From Patescibacteria group bacterium (lineage in GTDB: Bacteria; Patescibacteriota; Patescibacteriia; JAHIZJ01), in the NCBI GenBank assembly GCA_018814765.1, contig JAHIZJ010000099.1:1-46077 (forward strand): a DNA stretch of 46,077 nucleotides. Direction: 5' to 3'. The notes beneath the pieces were generated by a model. The model was not told the origin of the DNA. It did not search any database and worked only from the letters and a program-made list of their open reading frames with translations. Each line of letters opens with the position of its first letter. Positions within the stretch are counted from its first letter, which is position 1. Positions 19,263 through 29,728 of the stretch are shown piece after piece. Both the position numbers and the translations under genes were made by a program.

Positions 19263-19817
19263 ATGAACAATCAAGGGATTGGCCAAATTGGGGGAACCTT
19301 ATTATTATTGTTACTAGCTATTGGCGGTGGATATGGGATATATGCCACAGCTTCGGGTGTGGAGCAGACAGATAATGAGAGTATATCTGTTTTTCGACCA
19401 GTAGAAGACGCGGTATTTGATGGTACTGACACAGATTTATATGTTAGCGATGAGTATGGTTTTCATCTTGTAGCACCTGAAGGCTGGAGCTTGTCCAAAA
19501 TTACACCTTCGGATGGGTCTGGAAATACATATATATCTATGATTTTAAAACATAATGTAACGGAAGATTTTGTTTCATTTAATGTTTTAAATCCGGAAAT
19601 GGAGTCTATTGTAAGAAGCTCAATAAGCATAAAAGAAGAAACTGACACAACAATGGGTGGCCAAACAGCGGTTCAACTAGAAGGTACAGACTTAAAGGAT
19701 GGCTCCAAGGTTAGTATTCGATTGTCTAATAGGGATACATATTTGTATCAATTAACAAGTTATACGCAGCCTGAGGCGCTTGACATTATTCTGTCAGGCA
19801 TTACTATACTAGAATAA
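19263..19817 (+). CDS. Hypothetical membrane-anchored protein
   Basis: N-terminal TM segment IGGTLLLLLLAIGGGYGIYATA. It is inserted between fusA and tuf. Confidence 0.5.
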   Translation: MNNQGIGQIGGTLLLLLLAIGGGYGIYATASGVEQTDNESISVFRPVEDAVFDGTDTDLYVSDEYGFHLVAPEGWSLSKITPSDGSGNTYISMILKHNVTEDFVSFNVLNPEMESIVRSSISIKEETDTTMGGQTAVQLEGTDLKDGSKVSIRLSNRDTYLYQLTSYTQPEALDIILSGITILE

Positions 19818-19876
19818 GGTTTAGTTCTGTTTCTTATGGGCTATTTTGGCTGCAATAGGGAATAGTTGTAGCCAGC

Positions 19877-19905
19877 TTGCCAAAAATAGGGCAGTTTGCT
19901 ATAAT
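19877..19905 (+). promoter_or_regulatory. Sigma70-like promoter upstream of tuf
   Basis: TTGCCA (19877-19882), 17-nt spacer, TATAAT (19900-19905). Confidence 0.45.
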
Positions 19906-19985
19906 CATGAGAGCAATTAATTAACAATAATAATCAAAGGTTAAACTAGAGGTTTTAAAGGCCTCATTAATCAAGGAACAATACA

Positions 19986-21170
19986 ATGACAGAAAAATTT
20001 GATCGTAGTAAACCACACATAAATGTTGGTACTATTGGACACGTAGATCATGGTAAGACTACATTGACAGCTGCTATTCTAAAAGTACTCAGAGATAAAG
20101 GCTTTACTTCTCAGGATAAAAGCGTTGATCAGATCGATAGCGCCCCAGAAGAAAAAGAACGTGGGATTACTATTGCTACGGCTCATGTTGAATATGAGAC
20201 AGAGAAACGCCACTATGCACACGTTGATTGTCCTGGTCACGCAGACTATATTAAAAATATGATAACTGGCGCAGCTCAGATGGACGGTGCGATTCTTGTT
20301 GTTTCAGCTGCCGACGGTCCCATGCCTCAAACCCGTGAACACATTCTATTAGCATATCAGATTGGTGTACCGGCAATCGTTGTCTATTTAAACAAGACTG
20401 ATCAAGTAGACGACAAAGAATTGATTGACTTAGTTGAAGTTGAGGTACGTGATTTGCTGAAGAAATATAAATTTCCTGGCGATAAAATTCCAATCATCAA
20501 AGGTTCAGCTCTCAAGGCTCTAGAGGGTGACAAGGAGCAAGAGAAGAGTATTTTAGATCTCATGGAAGCTCTTGATACATTTGTACCTGAGCCAGAAAGA
20601 CCTACTGACAAGCCATTTCTTATGCCAATTGAAGATATTTTCTCTATCGAAGGCAGAGGCACTGTAGTAACTGGTAGAATCGACCGTGGTGTTGTCAATG
20701 TCAACGACGAAGTGGAAATAGTTGGTTTGAAAGATACTCAGAAAACAGTTGTCACAGGAATTGAGATGTTTAACAAATCACTAGAAGAAGGAAAAGCAGG
20801 GGACAACGCAGGTGTACTGATCCGTGGTACTAAGAAAGAAGAAGTAGACAGAGGTCAAGTTTTGGCAGCGCCTGGTACAATCACTCCTCACCAAGAATTT
20901 GAAGCTGAGGTTTACGCATTGACAAAAGACGAAGGTGGTCGACATACTCCATTCTTCACTGGATATAAACCACAGATTTATGTGCGTACAACTGATGTTA
21001 CAGGTGAAGTTACATTGCCAGAAAAAACTGAGATGGTTATGCCTGGTGATACAATTAATGTAACTGTTAAATTAATTGCCCCAGTAGCCTTAGAAGAGAA
21101 AGTGCGGTTTGCTATTAGAGAAGGTGGTCGTACTGTAGGTGCGGGTGTTGTTACTAAGATAATCAAGTAA
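19986..21170 (+). CDS. tuf: Elongation factor Tu
   Basis: [15 protein letters not shown] and NKTD motifs; 394 aa. Confidence 0.98.
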   Translation: MTEKFDRSKPHINVGTIGHVDHGKTTLTAAILKVLRDKGFTSQDKSVDQIDSAPEEKERGITIATAHVEYETEKRHYAHVDCPGHADYIKNMITGAAQMDGAILVVSAADGPMPQTREHILLAYQIGVPAIVVYLNKTDQVDDKELIDLVEVEVRDLLKKYKFPGDKIPIIKGSALKALEGDKEQEKSILDLMEALDTFVPEPERPTDKPFLMPIEDIFSIEGRGTVVTGRIDRGVVNVNDEVEIVGLKDTQKTVVTGIEMFNKSLEEGKAGDNAGVLIRGTKKEEVDRGQVLAAPGTITPHQEFEAEVYALTKDEGGRHTPFFTGYKPQIYVRTTDVTGEVTLPEKTEMVMPGDTINVTVKLIAPVALEEKVRFAIREGGRTVGAGVVTKIIK

Positions 21171-21221
21171 AAAATATCCTTGTTAAAGGGGATCTGAACA
21201 TTAACTATCGTCTGAGAGTGT

Positions 21222-21560
21222 ATGGTAAACGAAGAGAATAAACTTGCTGTAGAGGACAAACAGCGTATTCGGATAAAAATTCGGGCCTATGATCATAAGA
21301 TTATTGATCAATCAACCCGAACAATTATTGATACGGCTGAAAGAAGCGGAGCCCAAGTGTGTGGCCCTATACCACTACCGACCGAGAACAGTAAGTACAC
21401 TGTTATACGTTCACCATTTGTTCATAAAGATTCCCGAGAACAGTTTGAAATGCGGGTACACAAAAGATTGATTGACATTATTAGCCCGACAGCCAAGACT
21501 GTTGATTCACTGATGAGCTTAAATCTTCCTGCCGGAGTAGACATAGAAATAAAAATGTAG
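21222..21560 (+). CDS. rpsJ: 30S ribosomal protein S10
   Basis: [18 protein letters not shown]...[14 protein letters not shown]. Confidence 0.95.
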   Translation: MVNEENKLAVEDKQRIRIKIRAYDHKIIDQSTRTIIDTAERSGAQVCGPIPLPTENSKYTVIRSPFVHKDSREQFEMRVHKRLIDIISPTAKTVDSLMSLNLPAGVDIEIKM

Positions 21561-21904
21561 TAGATTACAAGTTAATAGCTAATATAGCAAAAGTAGATAG
21601 GTTCTGAGGATGACAATACAGTGTATAGTTTTCCTAGGGTTTAATCCTCAGATAACGATCTGCTATGTAAAGAGCCGGAATATTTCTGGAATTTGCTAGC
21701 AGAATCCGGTTTTTTTGATAGAAAATATGAAATGCATCTCGACGAGTGTCTGGTTTTTCCCCTAGCTCACCGAGTGTCTCTGCTCGGTGAAGATTGCCAG
21801 AGCGCAGAGACTCTGGCAGCTGGTACATTCGTCCTAAGCCGGGTAGAAGCTTTACTTACGCTTACACGAATCGATAATGTAAGACAAGGCCATATAAACA
21901 ATTT
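21561..21904 (+). promoter_or_regulatory. Unusually long hairpin-rich spacer inside the S10 operon (candidate attenuator or leader)
   Basis: Four hand-folded hairpins: 21604-21611 with 21644-21651; a terminator-like 21675-21709 plus T7 run at 21710-21716; 21767-21774 with 21783-21790; and 21795-21802 with 21811-21818. The loops of the last two hairpins are mutually complementary (GTCTCTG and CAGAGAC). Confidence 0.4.
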
Positions 21905-22537
21905 ATGAAATTTATTCTAGGAAAAAAAATAAGCATGTCACAGTTATTTCTGGACGATGATAAGGTGGTTCCGGTCACTTTAGTTCAAGCTGGCCCTTGC
22001 CACGTCGTACAGACCATGACTGAAGAGAAAAATGGCTATCAGTCAGTCCAGATCGGCTATGGAGATAAAAAGAAACTTACAAAGCCACTCAAAGGACATT
22101 TAAAAGATTTGCCAAATTTAAGACACTTGCGTGAATTTAGAGTTGCAGATAGTTCAAAATATAAAAGAGGTGATGTAATAAAGACTGATATTTTTGAAGT
22201 TGGTGATATAGTAAAAATTACTGGAACTTCAAAAGGCAAAGGTTTTCAAGGCGTAGTTAAAAAGTATAATTTTAAAGGTGGTCCCGCATCTCATGGACAC
22301 AAGGATAATTTACGCGCTCCAGGATCCATTGGTGCTACTGAACCGGCCAGAGTGTTCAAAGGAACTCGAATGGCGGGGCGATTAGGCGGTAAACAAGTTA
22401 GCACACGAAATATGTCAATTGTAAAAGTCGATAATGAAAAAAACATACTCTGGCTTAAGGGTGCCGTACCTGGTGCCAGAAATTCAAATATTATGATTCA
22501 GACATTAGATAAAGTCAAGAAAGCGAGCCATGATTAA
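21905..22537 (+). CDS. rplC: 50S ribosomal protein L3
   Basis: MKFILGKKISMSQLF...FKGGPASHG, in S10-operon order. Confidence 0.95.
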   Translation: MKFILGKKISMSQLFLDDDKVVPVTLVQAGPCHVVQTMTEEKNGYQSVQIGYGDKKKLTKPLKGHLKDLPNLRHLREFRVADSSKYKRGDVIKTDIFEVGDIVKITGTSKGKGFQGVVKKYNFKGGPASHGHKDNLRAPGSIGATEPARVFKGTRMAGRLGGKQVSTRNMSIVKVDNEKNILWLKGAVPGARNSNIMIQTLDKVKKASHD

Positions 22538-23162
22538 AGTAAAGGTTATAGACCAAGCTGGAAAGGAAGTTGGAGAAGAAAAACTGGATCCAAAGATATT
22601 TGAAGTACCCATAAAACAAGACTTGGTTCACCAAGCAGTTGTAGCTCAACAGGCGAACACACGACAGGTTATTGCACACACCAAAGATCGTTCTGAGGTC
22701 AGAGGCGGTGGTCGAAAACCGTGGCGCCAAAAAGGTACCGGTCGTGCTCGTCACGGATCAAGTCGCTCTCCCATTTGGATTGGTGGTGGGATAACCTTTG
22801 GGCCTAGAAATGACAGAAACTTTTCCAAGGGAATAAATAAGAAAGTAAAACGTCAAGCTCTACTAATGGGTTTGAGTGACCGTGCTAAGAATGGTAAAAT
22901 CACTATTCTAGATAAATTGGAACTAACTTCACCGAAAACAAAAGCTATTGCTGAGTTACTAAAAAATGCAAAGTTTAATACAGGTAGCTTGATAGTTATC
23001 GCAAAAAAGAATGACGCCATTAAACAATCTGTAAGAAATATAAAAAAAGTAAACCTACTACCAGCTAACAGTTTAAATATATTATCAATCTTGAAGCATC
23101 CACGCTTGTTGATAACAAAGGATTCATTAGCTGTTTTAAAAAAGACATACTTAGCTGAATAA
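22530..23162 (+). CDS. rplD: 50S ribosomal protein L4
   Basis: RGGGRKPWRQKGTGRARHGS. Confidence 0.95.
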   Translation: MIKVKVIDQAGKEVGEEKLDPKIFEVPIKQDLVHQAVVAQQANTRQVIAHTKDRSEVRGGGRKPWRQKGTGRARHGSSRSPIWIGGGITFGPRNDRNFSKGINKKVKRQALLMGLSDRAKNGKITILDKLELTSPKTKAIAELLKNAKFNTGSLIVIAKKNDAIKQSVRNIKKVNLLPANSLNILSILKHPRLLITKDSLAVLKKTYLAE

Positions 23163-23165
23163 TAT

Positions 23166-23618
23166 ATGGGAATTTTTGACCGGATAAAAGGAAAACAGTC
23201 GACAGAGAAGAAAACTGTTATAAAAGACACAAAGCCTGACAAGCAAAAAAATAAGGCTTTGGTTAAAGATGCAGATTCCAAAAAAAAGCCCACGCAGGAC
23301 AAAAAGACCGTCTTGCCTAAAATGAAAAAACCAGCCCAGGCTGATAAAAACATTATTGAGCCGGTTATTACAGAAAAAGCAACAAGCCTTGGCCAGTTCG
23401 GTAAATATGTCTTTCGCGTACCGAAAACAGCTAACCGTATTGAAATTGCCAAGGCTATCAGAAGCATATACAAAGTAACTCCTACAAAGGTAAATATGAT
23501 TAACGTTTCCGGAAGAGATGTCCGCTATGGCAAGTCTGAAGGTCGCACAAAGGACTGGAAAAAGGCCATAGTGACCTTAAAAGAGGGAGAAAGTATAAAT
23601 ATCCAGGATGGAGTATAA
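23166..23618 (+). CDS. rplW: 50S ribosomal protein L23 with a Lys-rich N-terminal extension of about 55 aa
   Basis: The L23 core starts near [11 protein letters not shown]. The upstream 55 aa are Lys-rich. An alternative start at Met53 (23322) would leave a 160-nt gap in a tight operon. Confidence 0.85.
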   Translation: MGIFDRIKGKQSTEKKTVIKDTKPDKQKNKALVKDADSKKKPTQDKKTVLPKMKKPAQADKNIIEPVITEKATSLGQFGKYVFRVPKTANRIEIAKAIRSIYKVTPTKVNMINVSGRDVRYGKSEGRTKDWKKAIVTLKEGESINIQDGV

Positions 23619-23620
23619 AT

Positions 23621-24451
23621 ATGGCTATTAAACGATACAAACCAACAACACCCGGGCGTAGGAGTTCTAGTGTTGTAGTAAATAAAAAGCTTAGTAAAAA
23701 GCGACCGCCAAAAAGCTTGTTAAAACCCATTAAGAAAACAGGAGGTCGCAATCAATCCGGCCGCATTACTGTCAGACATAAAGGCGGTGGTCATAAGAGA
23801 TTTTATAGATTAATAGATTTCAAACGTACTCGTTATGATCAAGAGGCCAAGGTTTTATCGATTGATTATGATCCAAACCGTTCAGCAAATATTGCACTCA
23901 TACAATATGAAGATGGAAAAAAGAGCTATATCATTGCACCTGTTGGCCTAAAAGAAAATGATACGGTTATGTCTTCACGGAACAAAATTGACATAAAGCC
24001 GGGCAATCGTTTACCATTAGAAAAAATTCCTGTCGGAGTGATGCTATATAATATTGAATTAATGCCGGGTAGTGGCGCTTCAATTGCCCGTTCGGCTGGT
24101 AATACTGTTAGTCTGATGAGCATGGAAGGGAAGAATGCACAATTAAAACTTCCCTCAGGAGAGGTTCGTATTTTTCGCAACACCTGCATGGCTACTATTG
24201 GTACTGTCAGTAACACAGATTTTAAAAATCTTAGATGGGGAAAAGCCGGTCGCAAGCGATGGCTGGGTATTCGACCAACTGTACGTGGTAAGGCTATGAA
24301 TCCAGTCGACCATCCTCATGGTGGAGGTGAAGGGCGAGCACCTATAGGCCTGAAACATCCTAAGACGCCTTGGGGCAAACCTGCGCTAGGCGTTAGAACT
24401 CGCCGACTTCGACAATCTGATCGTTTGATTATTAAGCGCCGAAAGAAATAA
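23621..24451 (+). CDS. rplB: 50S ribosomal protein L2
   Basis: [14 protein letters not shown]...[12 protein letters not shown]. Confidence 0.97.
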   Translation: MAIKRYKPTTPGRRSSSVVVNKKLSKKRPPKSLLKPIKKTGGRNQSGRITVRHKGGGHKRFYRLIDFKRTRYDQEAKVLSIDYDPNRSANIALIQYEDGKKSYIIAPVGLKENDTVMSSRNKIDIKPGNRLPLEKIPVGVMLYNIELMPGSGASIARSAGNTVSLMSMEGKNAQLKLPSGEVRIFRNTCMATIGTVSNTDFKNLRWGKAGRKRWLGIRPTVRGKAMNPVDHPHGGGEGRAPIGLKHPKTPWGKPALGVRTRRLRQSDRLIIKRRKK

Positions 24452-24455
24452 TACT

Positions 24456-24791
24456 ATGTCCAGAAGTTTAAAAAAAGGTCCCTTCATTGATCCGAAACTA
24501 TTGAAAAAAGTTGGGAATGTAAAACAGGGAGACAAGACTGTAATAAAGACTTGGTCTAGAGCTTCGGTTATTTCTCCGGAAATGGTGGGTTTTACATTTG
24601 GAGTACATAATGGTAAAGAACATATCCCGGTATTTGTTGTTGAGAACATGGTGGGGCATCGTTTAGGCGAATTTTCACCTACTCGCAAATTTTACAGACA
24701 TGGTGGACGTATGCAAAAAGAGCAAGAGCAGGCCGCCGCCGACGCTGAACGCAAAAAGAGCAGTGATGTTAAAGAGCCCGATAAGAAATAA
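24456..24791 (+). CDS. rpsS: 30S ribosomal protein S19 (C-terminal extension)
   Basis: [19 protein letters not shown]...[11 protein letters not shown]. Confidence 0.95.
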   Translation: MSRSLKKGPFIDPKLLKKVGNVKQGDKTVIKTWSRASVISPEMVGFTFGVHNGKEHIPVFVVENMVGHRLGEFSPTRKFYRHGGRMQKEQEQAAADAERKKSSDVKEPDKK

Positions 24792-24812
24792 GACAATATT
24801 TGTTAGATATTT

Positions 24813-25349
24813 ATGGAAATTAAAGCACAGCTAAAACATATACGTATTTCAGCCAGAAAGATTCGCCTTGCTGTTGGCTTTCTAAAAGGCTACGATGTGA
24901 CTGAGGCATTGCATCAGTTAGAGTTTTCTAAAAAAGGTTGCGCCCCTCCGGTAATAAAATTACTAAAATCTGCCATTGCCAACGCTTCCAATAATCATGA
25001 AATAGAAAAGAACAATTTATATATAAAGGAAATTCTAGTAGATGAAGGCACTACGCTAAAGCGATTCCAGCCGCGCGCATTTGGTCGAGCCGGCACTATT
25101 AGAAAAAGATCTGCGCACATAACAGTAGTGTTAACTGAGAAGAAGGTGTCAAAGAAGAAATCAGCAAAGAAAAAGGAAGAAGCCAAAGACACAGTAGTAC
25201 CAAAGGAAATTGCAGACTACAAAGACATTGTCAAAGAAGCGGTTACAAAGAATAAAGCAGGCTTTCAAGAGATAAAAAAAGACGAAAAACCAATAGGTAA
25301 ATTTCAGTCAATAAAAGATAAATTTATACGCCGTACAGGCAAAAAATAA
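24813..25349 (+). CDS. rplV: 50S ribosomal protein L22 with a Lys-rich C-terminal extension of about 65 aa
   Basis: MEIKAQLKHIRISARKIRL...RAFGRAGTIRKRSAHITVVL followed by a KK-rich tail. Confidence 0.9.
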   Translation: MEIKAQLKHIRISARKIRLAVGFLKGYDVTEALHQLEFSKKGCAPPVIKLLKSAIANASNNHEIEKNNLYIKEILVDEGTTLKRFQPRAFGRAGTIRKRSAHITVVLTEKKVSKKKSAKKKEEAKDTVVPKEIADYKDIVKEAVTKNKAGFQEIKKDEKPIGKFQSIKDKFIRRTGKK

Positions 25350-25351
25350 TT

Positions 25352-26014
25352 ATGGGACATAAAGTAGATCCAAGAAGTTTCCGCTTAAAGCAAATAACAA
25401 CCTGGAAGTCAAAATGGTTTGCCAGGAAGAACTTTAGTGGGTACCTGAAAACAGACGACTTAATAAGAAGTTTTTTATTAAAAAAACTAAAGGATGCCGG
25501 CGTAGCAACTGTTGAAATTGAAAGATCAGCCAAGGCGATTGAGGTAATAGTGAAAACATCACGTCCGGGCGTTGTCATAGGTCGCGGTGGTGCCGGCATT
25601 GAGGATTTGAAGAAAATACTAAAGGATAAATTTCTAGCTTCAGACCAAGTATTAAATGTTAAAATACAGGAAGTAACCAAGCCCTATCTAAATGCTGAGC
25701 TGGTAGTACGTATGATGGCTGAACAGATAGAAAAGCGTATGCCGTTTCGCCGTGTTATTAAACAAGCAGTTTTGCAAGTAGAAAGAGCCGGTGCCAAAGG
25801 TGTCAAAGTTAGTGTTGCCGGCAGATTGAATGGAGCAGAAATTGCACGGACAGAAAAGCTAAATTCAGGCAGCATACCCTTGCATACGATTCGTGCTGAT
25901 ATTGACTACGCACAAGGAGTAGCCCATACAACATACGGAGCTATCGGGGTTAAGGCATGGATATATAAAGGAGAGGTATTTAAAAAAGATAGTAAGTCAA
26001 CCCAGGATAATTAA
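25352..26014 (+). CDS. rpsC: 30S ribosomal protein S3
   Basis: MGHKVDPRSFRL...KH domain GRGGAGIEDLKK. Confidence 0.96.
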   Translation: MGHKVDPRSFRLKQITTWKSKWFARKNFSGYLKTDDLIRSFLLKKLKDAGVATVEIERSAKAIEVIVKTSRPGVVIGRGGAGIEDLKKILKDKFLASDQVLNVKIQEVTKPYLNAELVVRMMAEQIEKRMPFRRVIKQAVLQVERAGAKGVKVSVAGRLNGAEIARTEKLNSGSIPLHTIRADIDYAQGVAHTTYGAIGVKAWIYKGEVFKKDSKSTQDN

Positions 26015-26016
26015 AC

Positions 26017-26427
26017 ATGAGCCTTCTCACACCTAGAAAAGTAAAACACAGAAAGACTATGCGCGGAAAGCAACGCGGTACTGCTACCCAGAAGCTTAAA
26101 ATAAACTTTGGTAGTTATGGTTTAAAGGCTATGTCAGGTGCCTTAATTACAGCCAGACAGATAGAATCTGCCCGTAGAGCTATTACGCGCTATGTTCAAA
26201 AAGGTGGTAAAATCTGGATTCGGATATTTCCCGACAAGGCAGTTTCAAAAAAAGGCTCAGAGGTTAAAATGGGCGGTGGTAAGGGAGCGATTGATCATTA
26301 TGCAGCAGTAGTGCGCCCTGGAAACATTATTTTTGAGATAGATGGGATTGAAGAAGATATGGCCAAACAGGCATTTCGCTTGGCTTCATATAAGTTACCT
26401 ATAAAAACTAAGTTTATTGTCAAATAG
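26017..26427 (+). CDS. rplP: 50S ribosomal protein L16
   Basis: LTPRKVKHRKTMRGK... Confidence 0.95.
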   Translation: MSLLTPRKVKHRKTMRGKQRGTATQKLKINFGSYGLKAMSGALITARQIESARRAITRYVQKGGKIWIRIFPDKAVSKKGSEVKMGGGKGAIDHYAAVVRPGNIIFEIDGIEEDMAKQAFRLASYKLPIKTKFIVK

Positions 26428-26428
26428 A

Positions 26429-26638
26429 ATGAAAATTGAAGAACTACGCGCCAAACCGGCCAAGGAATTAAATATACTTTTACAGGAATTACGAGAAAAA
26501 GAACGTGACTTGAGATTTAAAATCTCTGCCAAACAAATGAAGAATGTTCGTGAATTACGTGATATAAAAAAAACTATTGCCAAAATATTTACCGTACTAA
26601 ACTCAAAACAATCTAAGCCGTCTAATACAAAGCCATAA
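26429..26638 (+). CDS. rpmC: 50S ribosomal protein L29
   Basis: MKIEELRAKPAKELNILLQELREKERDLRF. ATG 26429 is preferred over the track's TTG at 26417. Confidence 0.9.
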   Translation: MKIEELRAKPAKELNILLQELREKERDLRFKISAKQMKNVRELRDIKKTIAKIFTVLNSKQSKPSNTKP

Positions 26639-26901
26639 TGACTGAAATCGTAGATGTAAAAAAAAGAATATTGAAAGGTATTGTAACCAGCGATAAGATG
26701 GATAAAACAGTTATAGTGCTAGTAAACCGTACCAAAATAAACCCTCTGTATAATAAAAGATATCAAGTAAGCAAGAAATATTTTGCTGATGATCCAAAAA
26801 ATGAGTATCATATTGGCGATAAGGTAACAATCAGTGAGGGCAGGCCCATGTCAAAGCGAAAACGATGGATAGTAGCTAACAAATTTAATAAAGCAGAGTA
26901 A
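26638..26901 (+). CDS. rpsQ: 30S ribosomal protein S17
   Basis: [17 protein letters not shown]...SKRKRW. Confidence 0.93.
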   Translation: MTEIVDVKKRILKGIVTSDKMDKTVIVLVNRTKINPLYNKRYQVSKKYFADDPKNEYHIGDKVTISEGRPMSKRKRWIVANKFNKAE

Positions 26902-27272
26902 TGATCCAGGCAGAATCAAGACTAAAAGTGGCTGATAACTCCGGAGCAAAAAGGCTGAAATGCATAAAAGTGTTAGGTGGTAACCGAAAACGCTATGCCA
27001 GGATCGGTGATATTATTACAGTTTCTGTTAAGGAAGCTGTGCCTCATTCAGAAGTCAAAAAGGGGCAGGTTATGCATGCGGTCATTGTGCGCCAGTGTAA
27101 AGAGGTGCGGAGAGATGATGGAAGCTACATACGATTTGATGACAATGCTGCAGTCTTAATTGATAAAGAGACAAAAGAGCCAAAAGGTACTAGGATTTTT
27201 GGACCAGTAGCGCGCGAGCTTAGGGCTAAGGGATACAATAAAATTATTTCACAAGCTCCAGAGGTGCTATAA
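26901..27272 (+). CDS. rplN: 50S ribosomal protein L14
   Basis: [17 protein letters not shown]. Confidence 0.97.
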   Translation: MIQAESRLKVADNSGAKRLKCIKVLGGNRKRYARIGDIITVSVKEAVPHSEVKKGQVMHAVIVRQCKEVRRDDGSYIRFDDNAAVLIDKETKEPKGTRIFGPVARELRAKGYNKIISQAPEVL

Positions 27273-27285
27273 CCGATATATTATT

Positions 27286-27597
27286 ATGAAGATAAAGAAA
27301 AACGATACAGTAAAAATAATCAGCGGTAAGGATAAAGGGAAGAAGTCCAAAGTACTTCAAGTACTACCTGAAGACAATCGTGTTGTAGTGGAAGGTGCCA
27401 ATGTGTTTGTAAAACACATGAAACCTAAAAAGGCCCGAGAGAAGGGTCAGAAAATTCATTTTAATGCACCGCTAAACGTCTCCAACGTAATCTTGATATG
27501 CTCCAAGTGTAACAAGCAGACACGGATCGGCTATAAAAAATTAGCCAATAACAAAAAAGTGCGCATATGCATAAAATGTAAGGAAGTAATAGATTAA
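27286..27597 (+). CDS. rplX: 50S ribosomal protein L24 (with a CxxC...CxxC cluster)
   Basis: KOW motif KKNDTVKIISGKDKGK. The C-terminus has CSKCNK...CIKCK. Confidence 0.92.
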   Translation: MKIKKNDTVKIISGKDKGKKSKVLQVLPEDNRVVVEGANVFVKHMKPKKAREKGQKIHFNAPLNVSNVILICSKCNKQTRIGYKKLANNKKVRICIKCKEVID

Positions 27598-27602
27598 ATT
27601 AA

Positions 27603-28151
27603 ATGAATCAGCTAGAAAAAAAATTTATTGATACCATCATTCCCGAAATGCGTAAGAGATTTAATATTAAAAATGATTTGGCAGTGCCCAAATTGGTAAA
27701 AATTGTGGTAAATGTAGGTACAGGCGCCAATGATGACAAGCAAAGGGCTATGATTGAAAAAACTTTAAGCAGAATTACCGGACAGAAGCCACGTGTCAAC
27801 AAGGCAAAAGTATCTGTTTCAAGCTTTAAGCTACGCAAGGGGATGCCAATTGGAGCTAGCGTGACACTACGAGGAAAGAGAATGTATGATTTTATCGATA
27901 AGCTGGTTAATGTGACCCTACCTCGAGTACGTGATTTTCGCGGCATATCAAAAAAGATTCTTGACGGACAAGGCAATTTAAATATTGGATTCAAAGAACA
28001 TACGATATTTCCTGAAATTATGCCAGATGAGATAGAAATAGTGCATGGTTTGGAAGTGGCTATCGTTACAAGTACAAAAAATAATGAGCAAGCCTTAGAA
28101 CTGTTTGAATTACTAGGTTTTCCATTTAGAAAGGAAGAAACAAATGGCTAA
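27603..28151 (+). CDS. rplE: 50S ribosomal protein L5
   Basis: Assigned from operon position and the motif [10 protein letters not shown]...[10 protein letters not shown]. Confidence 0.95.
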   Translation: MNQLEKKFIDTIIPEMRKRFNIKNDLAVPKLVKIVVNVGTGANDDKQRAMIEKTLSRITGQKPRVNKAKVSVSSFKLRKGMPIGASVTLRGKRMYDFIDKLVNVTLPRVRDFRGISKKILDGQGNLNIGFKEHTIFPEIMPDEIEIVHGLEVAIVTSTKNNEQALELFELLGFPFRKEETNG

Positions 28152-28329
28152 AAAATCACTAGTCGTAAAAGCTGAAAAGAAACCTAAGTTTTCGACTCGT
28201 AAAATTAACCGTTGCTGGCGCTGTGGCAGAAAACACGGTTTTATGAGAAAGTTTGGGATATGCAGAATCTGTTTTCGTGAGTTAGCAAATCGGGGAGAAA
28301 TTCCCGGTATTACAAAATCTAGTTGGTAA
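28144..28329 (+). CDS. rpsN: 30S ribosomal protein S14, type Z (zinc-binding)
   Basis: 61 aa, [23 protein letters not shown]. Confidence 0.93.
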   Translation: MAKKSLVVKAEKKPKFSTRKINRCWRCGRKHGFMRKFGICRICFRELANRGEIPGITKSSW

Positions 28330-28396
28330 TACAGTCAGTAATTCGAAATTATAATTAACAAATAACAAGTAGAGTTTAAGAGTAATAATCAATACT

Positions 28397-28789
28397 ATGA
28401 TAACCGACCCTATAGCAGACATGTTAACACAGATAAGAAACGTCTTATTGATAAATAGATCAGAGTTGATAATTCCATTTTCAAAGTTGAAATATTCTAT
28501 TGCTAAAATATTGGTTAAGGAAGGTTACCTAAAAGCAGCTGAGGAAATATCTGACAAACCAGCCAAGCTAAGAATTGTACTTAAATATACAGATGAAAAA
28601 AAACCATCAATTACCAGCATTAAGCGTGTAAGTAAGCCAGGGCGACGTGTCTATGCTAATTGGGACAAGCTACCTTGGGTCCTAAATAATTATGGAATTT
28701 CAGTGATTTCAACATCGCATGGAATGATGACGAACAGGGATGCACGTAAGAAGAAAGTGGGCGGTGAGATAATTTGTGAGGTTTATTAA
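28397..28789 (+). CDS. rpsH: 30S ribosomal protein S8
   Basis: MITDPIADMLTQIRN. Confidence 0.96.
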   Translation: MITDPIADMLTQIRNVLLINRSELIIPFSKLKYSIAKILVKEGYLKAAEEISDKPAKLRIVLKYTDEKKPSITSIKRVSKPGRRVYANWDKLPWVLNNYGISVISTSHGMMTNRDARKKKVGGEIICEVY

Positions 28790-28794
28790 ATATT

Positions 28795-29352
28795 ATGTCT
28801 AAAATTGGAAAAACTCCAATCACAATACCTTCAGGAGTCGACGTTAAAGCCGAGAATGGTTTGATTACAGTAAAGGGTCCAAAAGGTGAGCTAAGCCAGT
28901 CCTACGATCCTAACGTTATAATTAAACTAGAAGACAACCAAGCTTTTGTTACAGTAAAAGATAAAGACAACCGAATACATCGGGCATTTTGGGGATTAAC
29001 TCGGTCGTTATTAAACAATATGATTATTGGGGTATCACAGGGGCATGAAAAAAAAATGGAAATTAATGGAGTAGGCTATCGTGCTGAGATGAAAGGTAAA
29101 GTACTAAACCTCAAGCTGGGTTATTCGCACCCAATCGACTATCAGATACCTGACCAGATAGAAGTAAAAGTAGAAAAAAATATAATTTCAATAGCAGGTA
29201 TTGATAAACAAGTTGTTGGTGAGACTGCTGCAAGTATTAGAAAATTTCGTCCACCCGAACCATACAAAGGCAAAGGTATTAAATATGTTGATGAAGTAAT
29301 AAGACGCAAGGCAGGAAAGGTTGCCAAATCTGCCGAAGGTGATTCTAAATAA
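28795..29352 (+). CDS. rplF: 50S ribosomal protein L6
   Basis: [17 protein letters not shown]...[11 protein letters not shown]. Confidence 0.96.
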   Translation: MSKIGKTPITIPSGVDVKAENGLITVKGPKGELSQSYDPNVIIKLEDNQAFVTVKDKDNRIHRAFWGLTRSLLNNMIIGVSQGHEKKMEINGVGYRAEMKGKVLNLKLGYSHPIDYQIPDQIEVKVEKNIISIAGIDKQVVGETAASIRKFRPPEPYKGKGIKYVDEVIRRKAGKVAKSAEGDSK

Positions 29353-29359
29353 AAATATT

Positions 29360-29716
29360 ATGACGAGCTTACAAAAGAAAAAAGTTATCGGGCGACAACG
29401 CAGACGAATTAGGGTACGAGCTAAAGTGATGGGAACGTCCGCTCGTCCGCGTATGTGTGTATTTCGAAGTTTGAAGCATATTTATGTACAGCTGATTGAC
29501 GATCAGAAGGGGCGTACTCTTGTCTCTGTATCCGATGAATCATTAGATAAATCACTCAAGGGGTCGAAGGCAGCAGAGGCGGTTGGCTTGAGTGTTTCAA
29601 AGAAAGCCTTGGCCAATAAAATAACACAGGTAGTTTTTGATAGAAGTGGTTATAAATATCATGGACGTGTAAAGGCTCTAGCTGAAGCTACTCGAAAAGG
29701 CGGATTAAAATTTTAA
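29360..29716 (+). CDS. rplR: 50S ribosomal protein L18
   Basis: [23 protein letters not shown]...[20 protein letters not shown] 29360 is preferred over the overlapping track start at 29321. Confidence 0.93.
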   Translation: MTSLQKKKVIGRQRRRIRVRAKVMGTSARPRMCVFRSLKHIYVQLIDDQKGRTLVSVSDESLDKSLKGSKAAEAVGLSVSKKALANKITQVVFDRSGYKYHGRVKALAEATRKGGLKF

Positions 29717-29728
29717 TAAATAGAATAT

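Noticed and set aside
21830-21850. TAAGCCGGG, complementary to the RNase P RNA P4-like ACCCGGCUUA
   Set aside because: None of the other conserved RNase P elements (GGAAAGUCCGG, GUAAGAGCGCACC) is present. The orientation and position would also place the rest of the RNA inside rplC.
21634-21908. ORFs inside the rpsJ-rplC spacer (64 aa minus, 71 aa plus)
   Set aside because: The starts are non-canonical or unsupported, and the ORFs overlap strong hairpins. An RNA-level function is more plausible.
22853-23473. 206-aa ORF on the minus strand across rplD/rplW
   Set aside because: It is antisense to two highly conserved ribosomal protein genes. Its Phe/Leu-rich sequence is the mirror image of Lys-rich coding DNA.
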